Shown piece by piece: positions 26,500 to 35,842 of a DNA stretch of 64,000 nucleotides (positions are counted from its first letter, which is position 1; every line of letters begins with the position of its first letter). The notes under the pieces are model-generated. The model did not search any database, was not told the DNA's origin, and was given only the letters and a program-made list of their open reading frames with translations. Location: NCBI GenBank assembly GCA_041657405.1, contig JBBABX010000002.1, positions 42,726 to 106,725 of the forward strand, read 5' to 3'. A program made the position numbers and the translations under genes. The DNA comes from Minisyncoccota bacterium (GTDB taxonomy: Bacteria; Patescibacteriota; Minisyncoccia; Phycocordibacterales; XYD1-FULL-46-19).

Positions 26500-29400
26500 T
26501 CAAATATTTGTAGGAGCCAAAACAAAATTTATTAAACGATCTTTTACGTAGAGAGTTTTTTTAATAGAACGATCCTCTAGCCAGCATTTTATATTTGAGT
26601 TTTCTTTAGCTGTTTCAATTATCTCTTTTTCACTAGCGTTAGTTGCTACAATAATTGTGCCTCTAACCTTACCATTAACCTGAACAACGATTTTCAATTC
26701 TTGTTTGATTATTTTTTGTTCATCATAGATTGGCCAAGATGACAAATGAATGGATGTCTTATGCCCAAACCTAAACCATAATTCCTCAGTTAAATGAGGA
26801 GCAAAGGGCGCCAATAATTTGAGCATATTTTCAAAATCTGCTTGGTTAATTGCCAACTGTTTTTCCATTTCATTAGTTAATATCATCAAGGATGATATGG
26901 CTGTATTAAAGGCAAAATTAGAAATATCAGTGCTCACTTTTTTGATAGTTTGATGAATCTGACAAACTAAAGAACTTTCTTCTTGGAAAACTTTTACTTT
27001 CTCGGCTAAACGCCATACTTTTTCTAAAAAGCGCCGCGCACCAATCATATTCTCGGTTTGCCAAGAAGCCCCCGCCTCAAAAGGACCCATAAACATTTCA
27101 TAAACACGCAAAGTGTCCGCGCCATATAATTTGACCATTTCATCCGGGTTAATAACATTCCCCCAACGTTTAGACATTTTGCGACCGTCATTACCAGAAA
27201 TTAAACCTTGATTCTTTAATTTAGCAAAAGGTTCTTTCTCACTTACCAAACCAAGATCAAATAAAAATTTGTGCCAAAAACGAGCATAAATCAAATGTCT
27301 CGTTGCATGTTCGGTGCCACCAACATACATATCCACTTCTCGCCAGTATTTTTCTTTATCTTTAGAAACTAATGTTTCTTCATTTTGAGGATCCATAAAA
27401 CGAAGGTAATACCAAGAAGAACCTGCCCATTGAGGCATTGTATTTGTTTCTCGTCTAGCTGGGGCACCACAAATTGGGCATTTAACGTTAACCCATCTAG
27501 AGATACTGGCCAAAGGTGATTCGCCAGTATTTGTTAGGGTATAACTTTTTACTTTGGGTAATTTAATTGGTAATTTTTCTTTAGGTACTGGCACCACGCC
27601 ACATTTCTCGCAATGAATTATTGGGATCGGTTCACCCCAATAACGTTGACGTGAGAAGACCCAATCACGAAGTTTATATTTAACCACTTGGCGACCTCTG
27701 ACAAATTTGGTTATGGCTTTTTTTGCTTTTTCACTGGATAACCCTGAAAACTTGGGTCCAGCGTTGACTAAAATTCCAGGGTCAGTATGAATTATCAAAT
27801 CTTTATACCATTCATTTTTCGCCAATAAAGACCAGGGGGTTATGGATTCCTGTTTTTTTTCTTTAGAAAACTGCTCAATCTGTTTGTTTACCTCCGTGAC
27901 TGTTTCAGGCGACAAAACAATCCGCGCCATTTTACCTTTTCGGTCTTTAAACAAAAAAATTATACTATCACCAACATATTCGTTCCAATAGCCGGGTGAA
28001 AGTTTATTCCTGATCAATTTTTCGTAAACTGGCAATTTTTTAGCAGATAAAATTAACAGCCTGTCGCCGTTAGGTTTTTTCTCAAATATCTTAGCACCAA
28101 CTTCTTCTAATTCGCTATCAGAAATTTGGTTAGCACCAGTAAGATAACTTTTTATCGGCGCATTTTTCTTGGCAATACTTTGAATAACAGGTAAATTATA
28201 TTTTTGGGCAAAAGCAAGATCACGCAAATCATGCGCCGGCACCGCCATCACCGCACCAGTGCCATAATCAGGCAAAACATAATCAGCGATAAAGACGGGG
28301 ATTTCTCTGCCGTTAGAAGGATTAATAGCAGATAAACCTTTCAGCTCAACTCCGGTCTTTTCCCTGTCCTCGGTTGTTCGTTCTATCTCACTTTGTTTTC
28401 TTGTCTGTTTTTGGTATTTTTCAATATTCAGTTTGTTGTCAAAGATTGATAAATTTTTAACAACAAATTGGTGTTCTGGCGATAATACCAAATAAGTAGC
28501 CCCAAACAAAGTATCTGCGCGAGTAGTGAAAATTTTTATAGTATCCAAAATATTTTCCAAGACAGTTGGTTCTACGGTACCACAAGTATGGGTTTTTTTA
28601 GCTTCAAATTTAATTAGATTCCCACCTAAATTTTTTTGTAATTTTTCTCCTTGTTGTTCGTCTATCAAAAAATCTTTTTGGTCTTCTAAAATTACTATCT
28701 CTCCGGCATTTTTTTTGATTTTAGAAAAATTAAATTTCCAATTTACCAAAATACTAACTTCTGGCCTTTCTTTATCTTTAAATTTTGGTTCCATCAAACC
28801 AGAAACTAGAACAAATTTTTTGATTGGATTTTTTAAACGTTCCAAGATTCGCAAACCAACAACTGTCCCCAAACTATGCCCAATCAAAACAGTATTTTCA
28901 TCAAAAATGATATTTTTCATCACAAATTCTACTTGGTTAGCCACATTTGGCAAAAAAGGATTAGGCAATTGTGGCACTATTACTTGATGACCACGTTTTT
29001 CCAATTCTCGCTTAAGCCATGGGAACCAACAGTATTTAGGTCCACTTTTATAACCGTGTAAAATAACAAATTTTAATTTTTTAGTTTTTAATTCAAAATT
29101 TATCTCTATTCCCTCACTACGACCAATCCAATTACGTTGAGATTCCTTAATGGATTCTGGCCAGGCTAAATCGGTTAAATCTTCAAGTAAGCGGTCAGCA
29201 TAATCAGTAATTTTTAATACCCATTGACGCATTGGCCTTTTTTCCACCTCTGAACCACAACGCTCGCATTTGCCATTCTCCAGATCTTCATTAGCAAGTC
29301 CTGTTTTACAAGATGGACACCAATTAATCGGCTCATAGGATTGATACGCCAAACCTTTTTGGAAAAGTTGCAAAAAAATCCATTGCGTCCACTTATAATA

Positions 29401-29841
29401 TTTTGGATCTGTTGTATTTATTTCACGAGACCAGTCATAATCAAGCCCAATAATTTTTAATTGTTCTTTGAAATGTTTGATATTTTTCTTGGTCGCAATT
29501 TCGGGATGAATTTTATTTTTGATAGCGTAATTTTCGGTCGGTAAACCAAAAGCATCCCAACCCATTGGGTGAAGAACATTAAAACCACTCATTCGTTTAT
29601 AACGAGAATAGATATCTGTTCCAATATAACCCTTGGGATGCCCAACATGCAGACCCTCTCCTGAGGGGTATGGAAACATATCTAAAATGTAACACTTATC
29701 TTTTTTTGAGTTATCTTTAGTTTGATAAATTTTGGATTGACGCCATTCTTTTTGCCACTTTGATTCTATCTTTTTATGGTCATATTTATTAGAAATTTTG
29801 GCTTTGAAAACTTTCTTCTTAGACGTCATTTTAAGATACAT
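26500..29841 (-). CDS. leuS: leucyl-tRNA synthetase carrying an inserted RBBP9/YdeN-type serine hydrolase domain
   Basis: Class I HVGH (HVGHPKGY) and KMSKR motifs are present. The CP1 editing domain (TTRADTLFGATY), anticodon-binding and C-terminal domains are present. An extra ~180 aa lies between WIGRSEG and the editing domain: ILHGYKSGP...TVLIGHSLGTV...FVLVSG...HTCG. Confidence 0.95.
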   Translation of the reverse strand: MYLKMTSKKKVFKAKISNKYDHKKIESKWQKEWRQSKIYQTKDNSKKDKCYILDMFPYPSGEGLHVGHPKGYIGTDIYSRYKRMSGFNVLHPMGWDAFGLPTENYAIKNKIHPEIATKKNIKHFKEQLKIIGLDYDWSREINTTDPKYYKWTQWIFLQLFQKGLAYQSYEPINWCPSCKTGLANEDLENGKCERCGSEVEKRPMRQWVLKITDYADRLLEDLTDLAWPESIKESQRNWIGRSEGIEINFELKTKKLKFVILHGYKSGPKYCWFPWLKRELEKRGHQVIVPQLPNPFLPNVANQVEFVMKNIIFDENTVLIGHSLGTVVGLRILERLKNPIKKFVLVSGLMEPKFKDKERPEVSILVNWKFNFSKIKKNAGEIVILEDQKDFLIDEQQGEKLQKNLGGNLIKFEAKKTHTCGTVEPTVLENILDTIKIFTTRADTLFGATYLVLSPEHQFVVKNLSIFDNKLNIEKYQKQTRKQSEIERTTEDREKTGVELKGLSAINPSNGREIPVFIADYVLPDYGTGAVMAVPAHDLRDLAFAQKYNLPVIQSIAKKNAPIKSYLTGANQISDSELEEVGAKIFEKKPNGDRLLILSAKKLPVYEKLIRNKLSPGYWNEYVGDSIIFLFKDRKGKMARIVLSPETVTEVNKQIEQFSKEKKQESITPWSLLAKNEWYKDLIIHTDPGILVNAGPKFSGLSSEKAKKAITKFVRGRQVVKYKLRDWVFSRQRYWGEPIPIIHCEKCGVVPVPKEKLPIKLPKVKSYTLTNTGESPLASISRWVNVKCPICGAPARRETNTMPQWAGSSWYYLRFMDPQNEETLVSKDKEKYWREVDMYVGGTEHATRHLIYARFWHKFLFDLGLVSEKEPFAKLKNQGLISGNDGRKMSKRWGNVINPDEMVKLYGADTLRVYEMFMGPFEAGASWQTENMIGARRFLEKVWRLAEKVKVFQEESSLVCQIHQTIKKVSTDISNFAFNTAISSLMILTNEMEKQLAINQADFENMLKLLAPFAPHLTEELWFRFGHKTSIHLSSWPIYDEQKIIKQELKIVVQVNGKVRGTIIVATNASEKEIIETAKENSNIKCWLEDRSIKKTLYVKDRLINFVLAPTNI

Positions 29842-30034
29842 TTAGAAATAATAATTTGATTTTACCACGAAAAAGAGAAAAATCAATAATAAATGCTGAA
29901 CTAATACTGAGCTGCTGAGGATCAAGCAAAGCAAAAAACTAGAGGTATCTAACTTTGAAAGAAAGTAGAACAATTACCAAATAGTTCACCCCACCATGAT
30001 GAAGTGAACTATTTAAATTTCACAAAATAAAAGT

Positions 30035-30658
30035 CTAGTTCAAGGTTCCCGACTTAAATTTCTTGTGCCCTAAGTAAATCAAAATCGCTAGGGCTAAACC
30101 AAGAATTATCACGCGCAAATAGTCCTCCATTGCTGACCAATATTGAACAGAAGCAACAACAAAAGACAAGACTCCTCCATAAGAAAGGCTGAGGGAAATT
30201 ACCTCATTGGTGGCAGCCAAAAAGCCGATAATTAACACCGCCAAACCCAAAACGACCAAAACAACAAAGATATTCCGTTGATAAAACTCTCTTGCTACCT
30301 CATAATTTTTTTGGCAAGTATAATTCAAATCGCAAAAACTCTTGGTCATAACTTTCGGCCCTTCTCCATCGAGTGCTTCAATCAGAGACGATTCATAAGC
30401 GGCATTTTCGGTCCAAGCACCACCTTGAGCCACACAATCAGCTTGATTAGTTGGCGTAATTGTTACTTGTTTGGTTTGACAAAAATCCTCCCATTGTGGT
30501 TCTTGATAAAATAATCTTGTCGCGAAATGAAAAAAAAGATTCAGCACAATAATGATGCCAATAACTAACGCCCATTTTAAGATATTTTTGTTTGTCATAT
30601 TTTTAGAGTTAACAATAAAAATAATTGATAATAAAATTAAAAAGAAAAATATTGGCAT
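30035..30658 (-). CDS. hypothetical membrane protein (N- and C-terminal TM segments, Cys-containing exodomain)
   Basis: The hydrophobic N-terminus is MPIFFFLILLSIIFIV. There are three C-terminal hydrophobic helices and six Cys in the central region. Confidence 0.4.
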   Translation of the reverse strand: MPIFFFLILLSIIFIVNSKNMTNKNILKWALVIGIIIVLNLFFHFATRLFYQEPQWEDFCQTKQVTITPTNQADCVAQGGAWTENAAYESSLIEALDGEGPKVMTKSFCDLNYTCQKNYEVAREFYQRNIFVVLVVLGLAVLIIGFLAATNEVISLSLSYGGVLSFVVASVQYWSAMEDYLRVIILGLALAILIYLGHKKFKSGTLN

Positions 30659-30755
30659 AGTTTTAAAATATTATATCTCATTGCAAATTTTTTACCAACA
30701 ACTCATCATCTTTACAAAATCAAAGCCCCTTCCCTGCTTTCGCAAGAAAATGGGG

Positions 30756-31055
30756 CTAAAATGAGATTAGGAAATTTTTTTTTGCTTGCTCAGCTGCTTT
30801 TATAGCTCTAATCTTGGCTCTATTCTCTTCAATTATTTCATTTAGCCGTTTTGAGCTGAGTGGTCGCCGCATTCCTTCGGCAATAAGCCCAAGTTCGTAC
30901 TTGCAATCATTTATCTCATGTTGGAGACTTCTGATTTTTCCATACGGACCTGTCCCTTGAACACCTAACGTCATAAGACACCTCCTTTCTTCTGACATTA
31001 GTTTATCATAAATTTGTTTAAATCTTAAACTCGATAACATCACCATCTTTGACAA
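30756..31055 (-). CDS. small hypothetical protein (probable start at an internal ATG near 30998; the ORF's 5' end overlaps ychF)
   Basis: Charged helical ORF. No motif recognised. Confidence 0.3.
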   Translation of the reverse strand: MSKMVMLSSLRFKQIYDKLMSEERRCLMTLGVQGTGPYGKIRSLQHEINDCKYELGLIAEGMRRPLSSKRLNEIIEENRAKIRAIKAAEQAKKNFLISF

Positions 31056-32118
31056 TATATTCTTTACCTTCGGTTCGAACTAAACCTTTTTCGCGTGCAG
31101 TAGCATAGGAGCCAGCCCTTATTAAATCTTGCCAAAAAACCACCTCGGCACGGATAAACTTTTCCTTAAAATCAGTATGAATCGCCAGGCCTGCCTCCGG
31201 CGCGGTAGAACCTTTTTTGATTGTCCAAGCGCGAGTTTCATCAGTGCCAGTCGTAAAATATGTTTCCAAACCTAAAAGTTCATAACTAGCTTTAATTAAG
31301 TCATTAATGCCATCATTCTCTACTCCTAGTTCTAATTTAAATTCTGCACGATCGTCAACATCTAATTCTGACAACTCCCCTTCTATTTTGGCATCAGTCA
31401 CCACAAATTCGGAGCCAAGTCCGGCAATGTAATCTTCTACCGGCTTGGTATCCACCATTTGTCCGCCGTGTTTTTTGTTTAAAACATAAAGAATTGGTTT
31501 AACTGACAAGAGATGCAGATTTTTTAAAACAAGGGCAATACTCTCCCAACCAGCCAATTTCTTGAAGTCTGACAAATGAGAAGAAATCATCTGACCGGCG
31601 GTTAGAATTTTTTCAAATTGTAGCAAAACATTATTTTCTAAAACGGCTGTCTTGTCACCTCGCTTTACGTCACGTGCCAAGCCGGCGATTCTTTTGCTAA
31701 CAGTCTGTAAATCAGCCAAGACCAGTTCTAGATTAATTGTCTCAATATCGTCAATCGGATTAATCTTGCCCGAGACGTGAGTAATATTAGAATCTTCATA
31801 AATACGCACAACCTCAGCAATCGCATCCACTTCGCGAATGTGCTGAAGAAATTGATTACCTAACCCCTCACCAGCCGATGCGCCCTTGACCAGACCAGCA
31901 ATATCCACAAACTCAATCACTGCTGGAATTCGTTTGGCGGATTTGGAAAAGTCAGCCAGCAAGTCAACCCGCTCGTCAGGTACCGGCACAATCCCCACCG
32001 ATGGGTCAATGGTACAAAAAGGATAATTTTCCGCCGGCACACCCTTTTTGGTGAGAGCATTAAAAAGCGTGGACTTCCCCACGTTTGGCAGACCAACAAT
32101 ACCGACCGAAATATTCAT
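31018..32118 (-). CDS. ychF: ribosome-binding ATPase YchF (Obg-family GTPase)
   Basis: G1 GIVGLPNVGKSTLFNALT, a coiled-coil insert and a C-terminal TGS domain (...IRAEVVFWQDLI...). Confidence 0.95.
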   Translation of the reverse strand: MNISVGIVGLPNVGKSTLFNALTKKGVPAENYPFCTIDPSVGIVPVPDERVDLLADFSKSAKRIPAVIEFVDIAGLVKGASAGEGLGNQFLQHIREVDAIAEVVRIYEDSNITHVSGKINPIDDIETINLELVLADLQTVSKRIAGLARDVKRGDKTAVLENNVLLQFEKILTAGQMISSHLSDFKKLAGWESIALVLKNLHLLSVKPILYVLNKKHGGQMVDTKPVEDYIAGLGSEFVVTDAKIEGELSELDVDDRAEFKLELGVENDGINDLIKASYELLGLETYFTTGTDETRAWTIKKGSTAPEAGLAIHTDFKEKFIRAEVVFWQDLIRAGSYATAREKGLVRTEGKEYIVKDGDVIEFKI

Positions 32119-32155
32119 AGCTTAAACTTTAGCATTAGTTGAACCAAAAACCAAC

Positions 32156-32383
32156 TTATTTTTCAGCCAAAATTTTCTGCAATTCGTCACGATACTTATT
32201 AACCACATCCATTGTCGCAATCATATGATCAACTTTATCTTTCTTAATTTTTTCTTCTATCTCGTTAGCAATTTGTTGGAAAAAAGCTGGATTTTTTTTG
32301 ATAATTGCCATCAAGGGCTCTATTTGTTCTTTTGAAACCCCCTTAGATTGAAGCATTTTTTTAATAAAAAATTCTTTAAACAT
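32156..32383 (-). CDS. small helical hypothetical protein (ORF trimmed to the ATG at 32381-32383; the longer ORF overlaps the tRNA)
   Basis: The N-terminal 31 codons of the 32156-32476 ORF are the antisense of tRNA-Ala(GGC). The remaining 76 aa are Lys/Glu-rich. Confidence 0.3.
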   Translation of the reverse strand: MFKEFFIKKMLQSKGVSKEQIEPLMAIIKKNPAFFQQIANEIEEKIKKDKVDHMIATMDVVNKYRDELQKILAEK

Positions 32384-32384
32384 G

Positions 32385-32456
32385 TGGACCATACCGGAAT
32401 CGAACCGGTCACCTCTCCCATGCCATGGGAGCGCTCTACCAAATGAGCTAATGGCC
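32385..32456 (-). tRNA. tRNA-Ala (anticodon GGC)
   Basis: I hand-folded the cloverleaf: acceptor GGGCCAT, D-arm GCTC/GAGC, anticodon stem CTCCC/GGGAG with loop AUGGCAU (the same loop as E. coli tRNA-Ala GGC), T-arm GGTTCGATTCC. A G3:U70 Ala identity pair is present. No encoded CCA. Confidence 0.9.
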
Positions 32457-32588
32457 CAAATTTCAAAAGTTGCCACTTATAAATATAACAAATCTTTATT
32501 AAATTGTAAAAGTGAGAAAAATTTAAAAATTATTTTTGATTTTATTTTAGCTGTATTCGTGCTATAATCATCCAATCATTTAATTTCA

Positions 32589-32665
32589 GGGCCCGTAGTT
32601 CAGTTGGCTAGAACGCCACATTTGCAATGTGGAGGTCACCGGTTCGAGCCCGGTCGGGTCCACCA
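32589..32665 (+). tRNA. tRNA-Ala (anticodon UGC), CCA encoded
   Basis: GGGCCCGTAGTTCAGTTGGCTAGAACGCCACATTTGCAATGTGGAGGTCACCGGTTCGAGCCCGGTCGGGTCCACCA; anticodon loop UUUGCAA; G3:U70 present. Confidence 0.9.
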
Positions 32666-32736
32666 AATTATTTAAATAAAAAAGCTTCAAAAGCAAGTCT
32701 GCAATTTGAACTCCATTCAAAATTGAGATAAATTAC

Positions 32737-35700
32737 TTAATTGGAATTTGGTATTTCTTGGACCGTTTTTCGAGGCCATCTAGCTAAAATAAGTGGAATT
32801 AAAAGTAGGGTCAAAACCACCGAAAAAATCATTCCGAACATTACTGTGAATGCAAGCGGGCCCCACATCGCATTAACAAAAATCAAGGGTATCATCCCAA
32901 TAAAAGTGGTAGTCGTCGTAAGTAAAATAGGACGCAAACGTGTGGTAGCTGCTTCAATAGCCGCCTCTTGCAATGGGAGCTTTCTTTCCTGACGTTCTCG
33001 TTCAAATTGATCAATAATTAAAATAGTGTTGTTTACAATTATTCCTGCCAAAGCAATAAAACCAAGAATAGAAGAAAAACTTAAGGCTTGCCGAGAAATC
33101 AACAAACCAACAAAAACCCCGATCAATGATAATGGAATAATCATTAGTGTATAAAAGGCATAACGGAAAGAATTAAACTCCAAAACTAAAATTACCAACA
33201 TTAACAAAACACCCAGAATAAGTGCTTGCAACATTTCTGTAAAAGTTTTCATCATATCTTCTGTTTCACCCCCGGCCGTGATTTGCACATTGTAAGATTG
33301 TTCCATTTCTGTTTTGTGAGTAAATAATTCATTAATAACCTCTGAAGCTGTTGTCCCCTTATGAAGATATCCGCTAACAGTAATTAAACGATCCCCATTC
33401 TCGTGTTCAATGGTGGAGTGTCCTTTTTCAATTGAACGTTCCAAAATTGAACCAAGTAAAATATTCCCTTGTGGGGTAGATACTGACAATTGACTAATGG
33501 CTTCCATCACAGTTTCGTTGGTCCGACCAGGCAAATTTTGACCAGGATTCAAACCAACTTTAACAAAAACATCGATATCCTCACCCCCTTGTCTGATTTT
33601 TGTCGCTGAAACCCCATAAATTGAAGAACGTAGGGTTTGGGCAATAGTCATAGCATTTAGACCAAATTCAGTCGCGAGATCTCGATTTAAAGTCAAAACC
33701 AAGTCAGATAATTCATCATCCGCGCTTATTGTAATATCTCTAGCGCCACCAATTTTATCCAAATAATCTTTGACGGCAGCTGCTGCTAAACTTAGAGAAT
33801 TTAAATCTTCACCTGTTATTTTTATTTCTAAGGGTGCGCCCGTGGGTGGGCCTTCAGATGGTTCCATAACCATTATTTTAGCTTCTGTCATTAAATCTGT
33901 TGAATCTTTTATTTTGGCTAAAATTTCTGAACTCGTCTGTTTTCGATTTTTTTTCAAAGTCATTGTAATATTGCCCAAATTTTCGCCAGAACCACTAACA
34001 CCAAAATTGAACATTGAAGCCGAGCCAACACTTGTGATAAAAGATTCAATGTCATCAATTTCATACAAAACCTCTTCCACCGCGCGCACGGCCAAATCAG
34101 TCTTCTCTAAATCGGTACCTTTTAATTTTTCAATATCAATATAAAGATAATCTACATCAGATTGTGGAAAAAAGACGGTTTCCACCAAGCCTGATAGCGG
34201 TAAGCCAAATGAAAAGATAAAAGCAATAATTAATCCCCAAAATAATTTATTTTGTCTTCGTTGATCTTGGAAAAACCAACGTAATTTATTACGATACCAA
34301 TTACGCAAACGATGGCTAGTTTCTTCTTGCCGGCGACCAAGTTTGGAGGTATTTTCACCTTTTTTTACCACCAAAACTGTTAAAATTGGCACGACAGCCA
34401 AAGCAACAAAAATTGAAGCTAAAAGAACAAAAATTGTAGTATAAGGAATACTGGCAATAAATTTACCAACAATCCCAGATAGAAAGAAAAGTGGAAAGAA
34501 AACAGCAATAGTGGTCATGGTGCCAGAAATGAGTGGCCAACTATATTCACTCACAGTTTCGCGCGCTGCTTCAAATTTGCTATGTCCCATATTGAAACGA
34601 GAATAAATTGATTCCACCACAACAATGCCTGAGTCAACCAAAATTCCAATTGCCAAAATAAGAGAAAATAAACTAATAAAATTTATTGTGTTACCACTAT
34701 TTTTTAGACCGATAAAAGCAATCAAAAATGAAAGTGGAATAGACAATCCGGCAACAATCGCTTCGCGCCAGCCAATAGTCAAAAACAGAACAAGCATCAC
34801 CAAAGCGACTGTTTCCAATCCTGTTGTTATCAAACGACGAAGATCGTCTTTTATCATTTGCGAGATATCAAAAGAAATTAAAACCTCACTATTTTGTAAT
34901 TGATTTTTCTCTAATTCAAATAATTTCTTTTTGACAGTGTCACCAATTTTTGTAATATCACCACCAGCTTTTTTGTAAATAGACAAGGTTATTGCTTGGA
35001 CAGAAGGTTGTCCGTTTTTACTAAAACGATCCAAACTTTTTGCCTCTTCGGCGCCATTATAAACAGTGGCAATGTCACGCAAATAAATTATTCTCCCATC
35101 GCGTGAAGTTATCGGTAAATTTACCACTTCATCAGCATTGTCTAAATCTCCAGCAAATTTTAAATTATAGTTAACACCATCAACTACCAATCCCCCGATT
35201 GGCAAAGAGGCATTGGCAACTGAAATTGATTGAATAATTTCATTTAAACTAACTCCAAAGCTGTCTAATTTGCCTTTGTCAACAATCACGTTAACCTCTC
35301 GCTTTCGATCTCCAGTCATTAAGATCTTTGAAACCCCAGCAGTAGACTTTAAATTACTTCGAGTATCTTCCGCTAAAACAGCAAACTCCGTTGCTGGCAA
35401 TTCTGAAGAAATAGATACCATCATAATCGGTTGGTCAGCAAAATTTATTTCCATAACCATCGGATCTTCAGCTCCACTTGGTAATTCTGGTTTAAGTTTA
35501 TCAAGTTCGTCTTTGAGCTTTTGAATTGATTTATCAATATCAGCGCTGGTTTCAAATTCTACAACAACGGTTGAAACCCCCAAACCAGAAGAGGATGTTA
35601 TTTGGGTTAAATTTTCTAGATTATTTAAACCATCTTCCAATTTATTAGTAACCAATTTTTCCATATCCTCAGCCGAAGCGCCAGGATAAACAGTTGTAAT

Positions 35701-35841
35701 GATTCCCATTGGAATTTGCACTTCAGGAGTAGATTCTTTGGGAATAGTAAAATAAGAAATCAAGCCAAAGATTATAATCCCAACAATCAATAAATAAGTA
35801 AATTGCCTTTTATGCAAAAAAAATGACCAAAAATCTTTCAT
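32737..35841 (-). CDS. RND-family efflux transporter permease (AcrB/HAE1-like)
   Basis: 1034 aa with 12 TM helices and two large loops. The N-terminal MKDFWSFFLHKRQFTYLLIVGIIIFGLISY…PEVQIP is typical of AcrB. Confidence 0.95.
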   Translation of the reverse strand: MKDFWSFFLHKRQFTYLLIVGIIIFGLISYFTIPKESTPEVQIPMGIITTVYPGASAEDMEKLVTNKLEDGLNNLENLTQITSSSGLGVSTVVVEFETSADIDKSIQKLKDELDKLKPELPSGAEDPMVMEINFADQPIMMVSISSELPATEFAVLAEDTRSNLKSTAGVSKILMTGDRKREVNVIVDKGKLDSFGVSLNEIIQSISVANASLPIGGLVVDGVNYNLKFAGDLDNADEVVNLPITSRDGRIIYLRDIATVYNGAEEAKSLDRFSKNGQPSVQAITLSIYKKAGGDITKIGDTVKKKLFELEKNQLQNSEVLISFDISQMIKDDLRRLITTGLETVALVMLVLFLTIGWREAIVAGLSIPLSFLIAFIGLKNSGNTINFISLFSLILAIGILVDSGIVVVESIYSRFNMGHSKFEAARETVSEYSWPLISGTMTTIAVFFPLFFLSGIVGKFIASIPYTTIFVLLASIFVALAVVPILTVLVVKKGENTSKLGRRQEETSHRLRNWYRNKLRWFFQDQRRQNKLFWGLIIAFIFSFGLPLSGLVETVFFPQSDVDYLYIDIEKLKGTDLEKTDLAVRAVEEVLYEIDDIESFITSVGSASMFNFGVSGSGENLGNITMTLKKNRKQTSSEILAKIKDSTDLMTEAKIMVMEPSEGPPTGAPLEIKITGEDLNSLSLAAAAVKDYLDKIGGARDITISADDELSDLVLTLNRDLATEFGLNAMTIAQTLRSSIYGVSATKIRQGGEDIDVFVKVGLNPGQNLPGRTNETVMEAISQLSVSTPQGNILLGSILERSIEKGHSTIEHENGDRLITVSGYLHKGTTASEVINELFTHKTEMEQSYNVQITAGGETEDMMKTFTEMLQALILGVLLMLVILVLEFNSFRYAFYTLMIIPLSLIGVFVGLLISRQALSFSSILGFIALAGIIVNNTILIIDQFERERQERKLPLQEAAIEAATTRLRPILLTTTTTFIGMIPLIFVNAMWGPLAFTVMFGMIFSVVLTLLLIPLILARWPRKTVQEIPNSN

Positions 35842-35842
35842 A

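Noticed and set aside
28526-29061. Plus-strand ORFs 28526-28987 and 28876-29061 inside leuS
   Set aside because: They are antisense to the serine-hydrolase insert of leuS. The minus-strand reading has clear alpha/beta-hydrolase motifs, whereas the plus-strand products are low-complexity.
28543-29079. An intein within LeuRS
   Set aside because: The insertion lacks intein splicing blocks (no N-terminal Cys/Ser junction, no TxxH block B, no C-terminal HN-Cys/Ser/Thr, no LAGLIDADG/HNH endonuclease). Instead it has GxSxG and other hydrolase blocks aligning to RBBP9/YdeN.
32384-32476. N-terminal 31 codons of ORF 32156-32476 (MATFEIWAISSFGRALPWHGRGDRFDSG...)
   Set aside because: This stretch is exactly the reverse complement of the tRNA-Ala(GGC) gene, so the ORF was trimmed to the ATG at 32381-32383.
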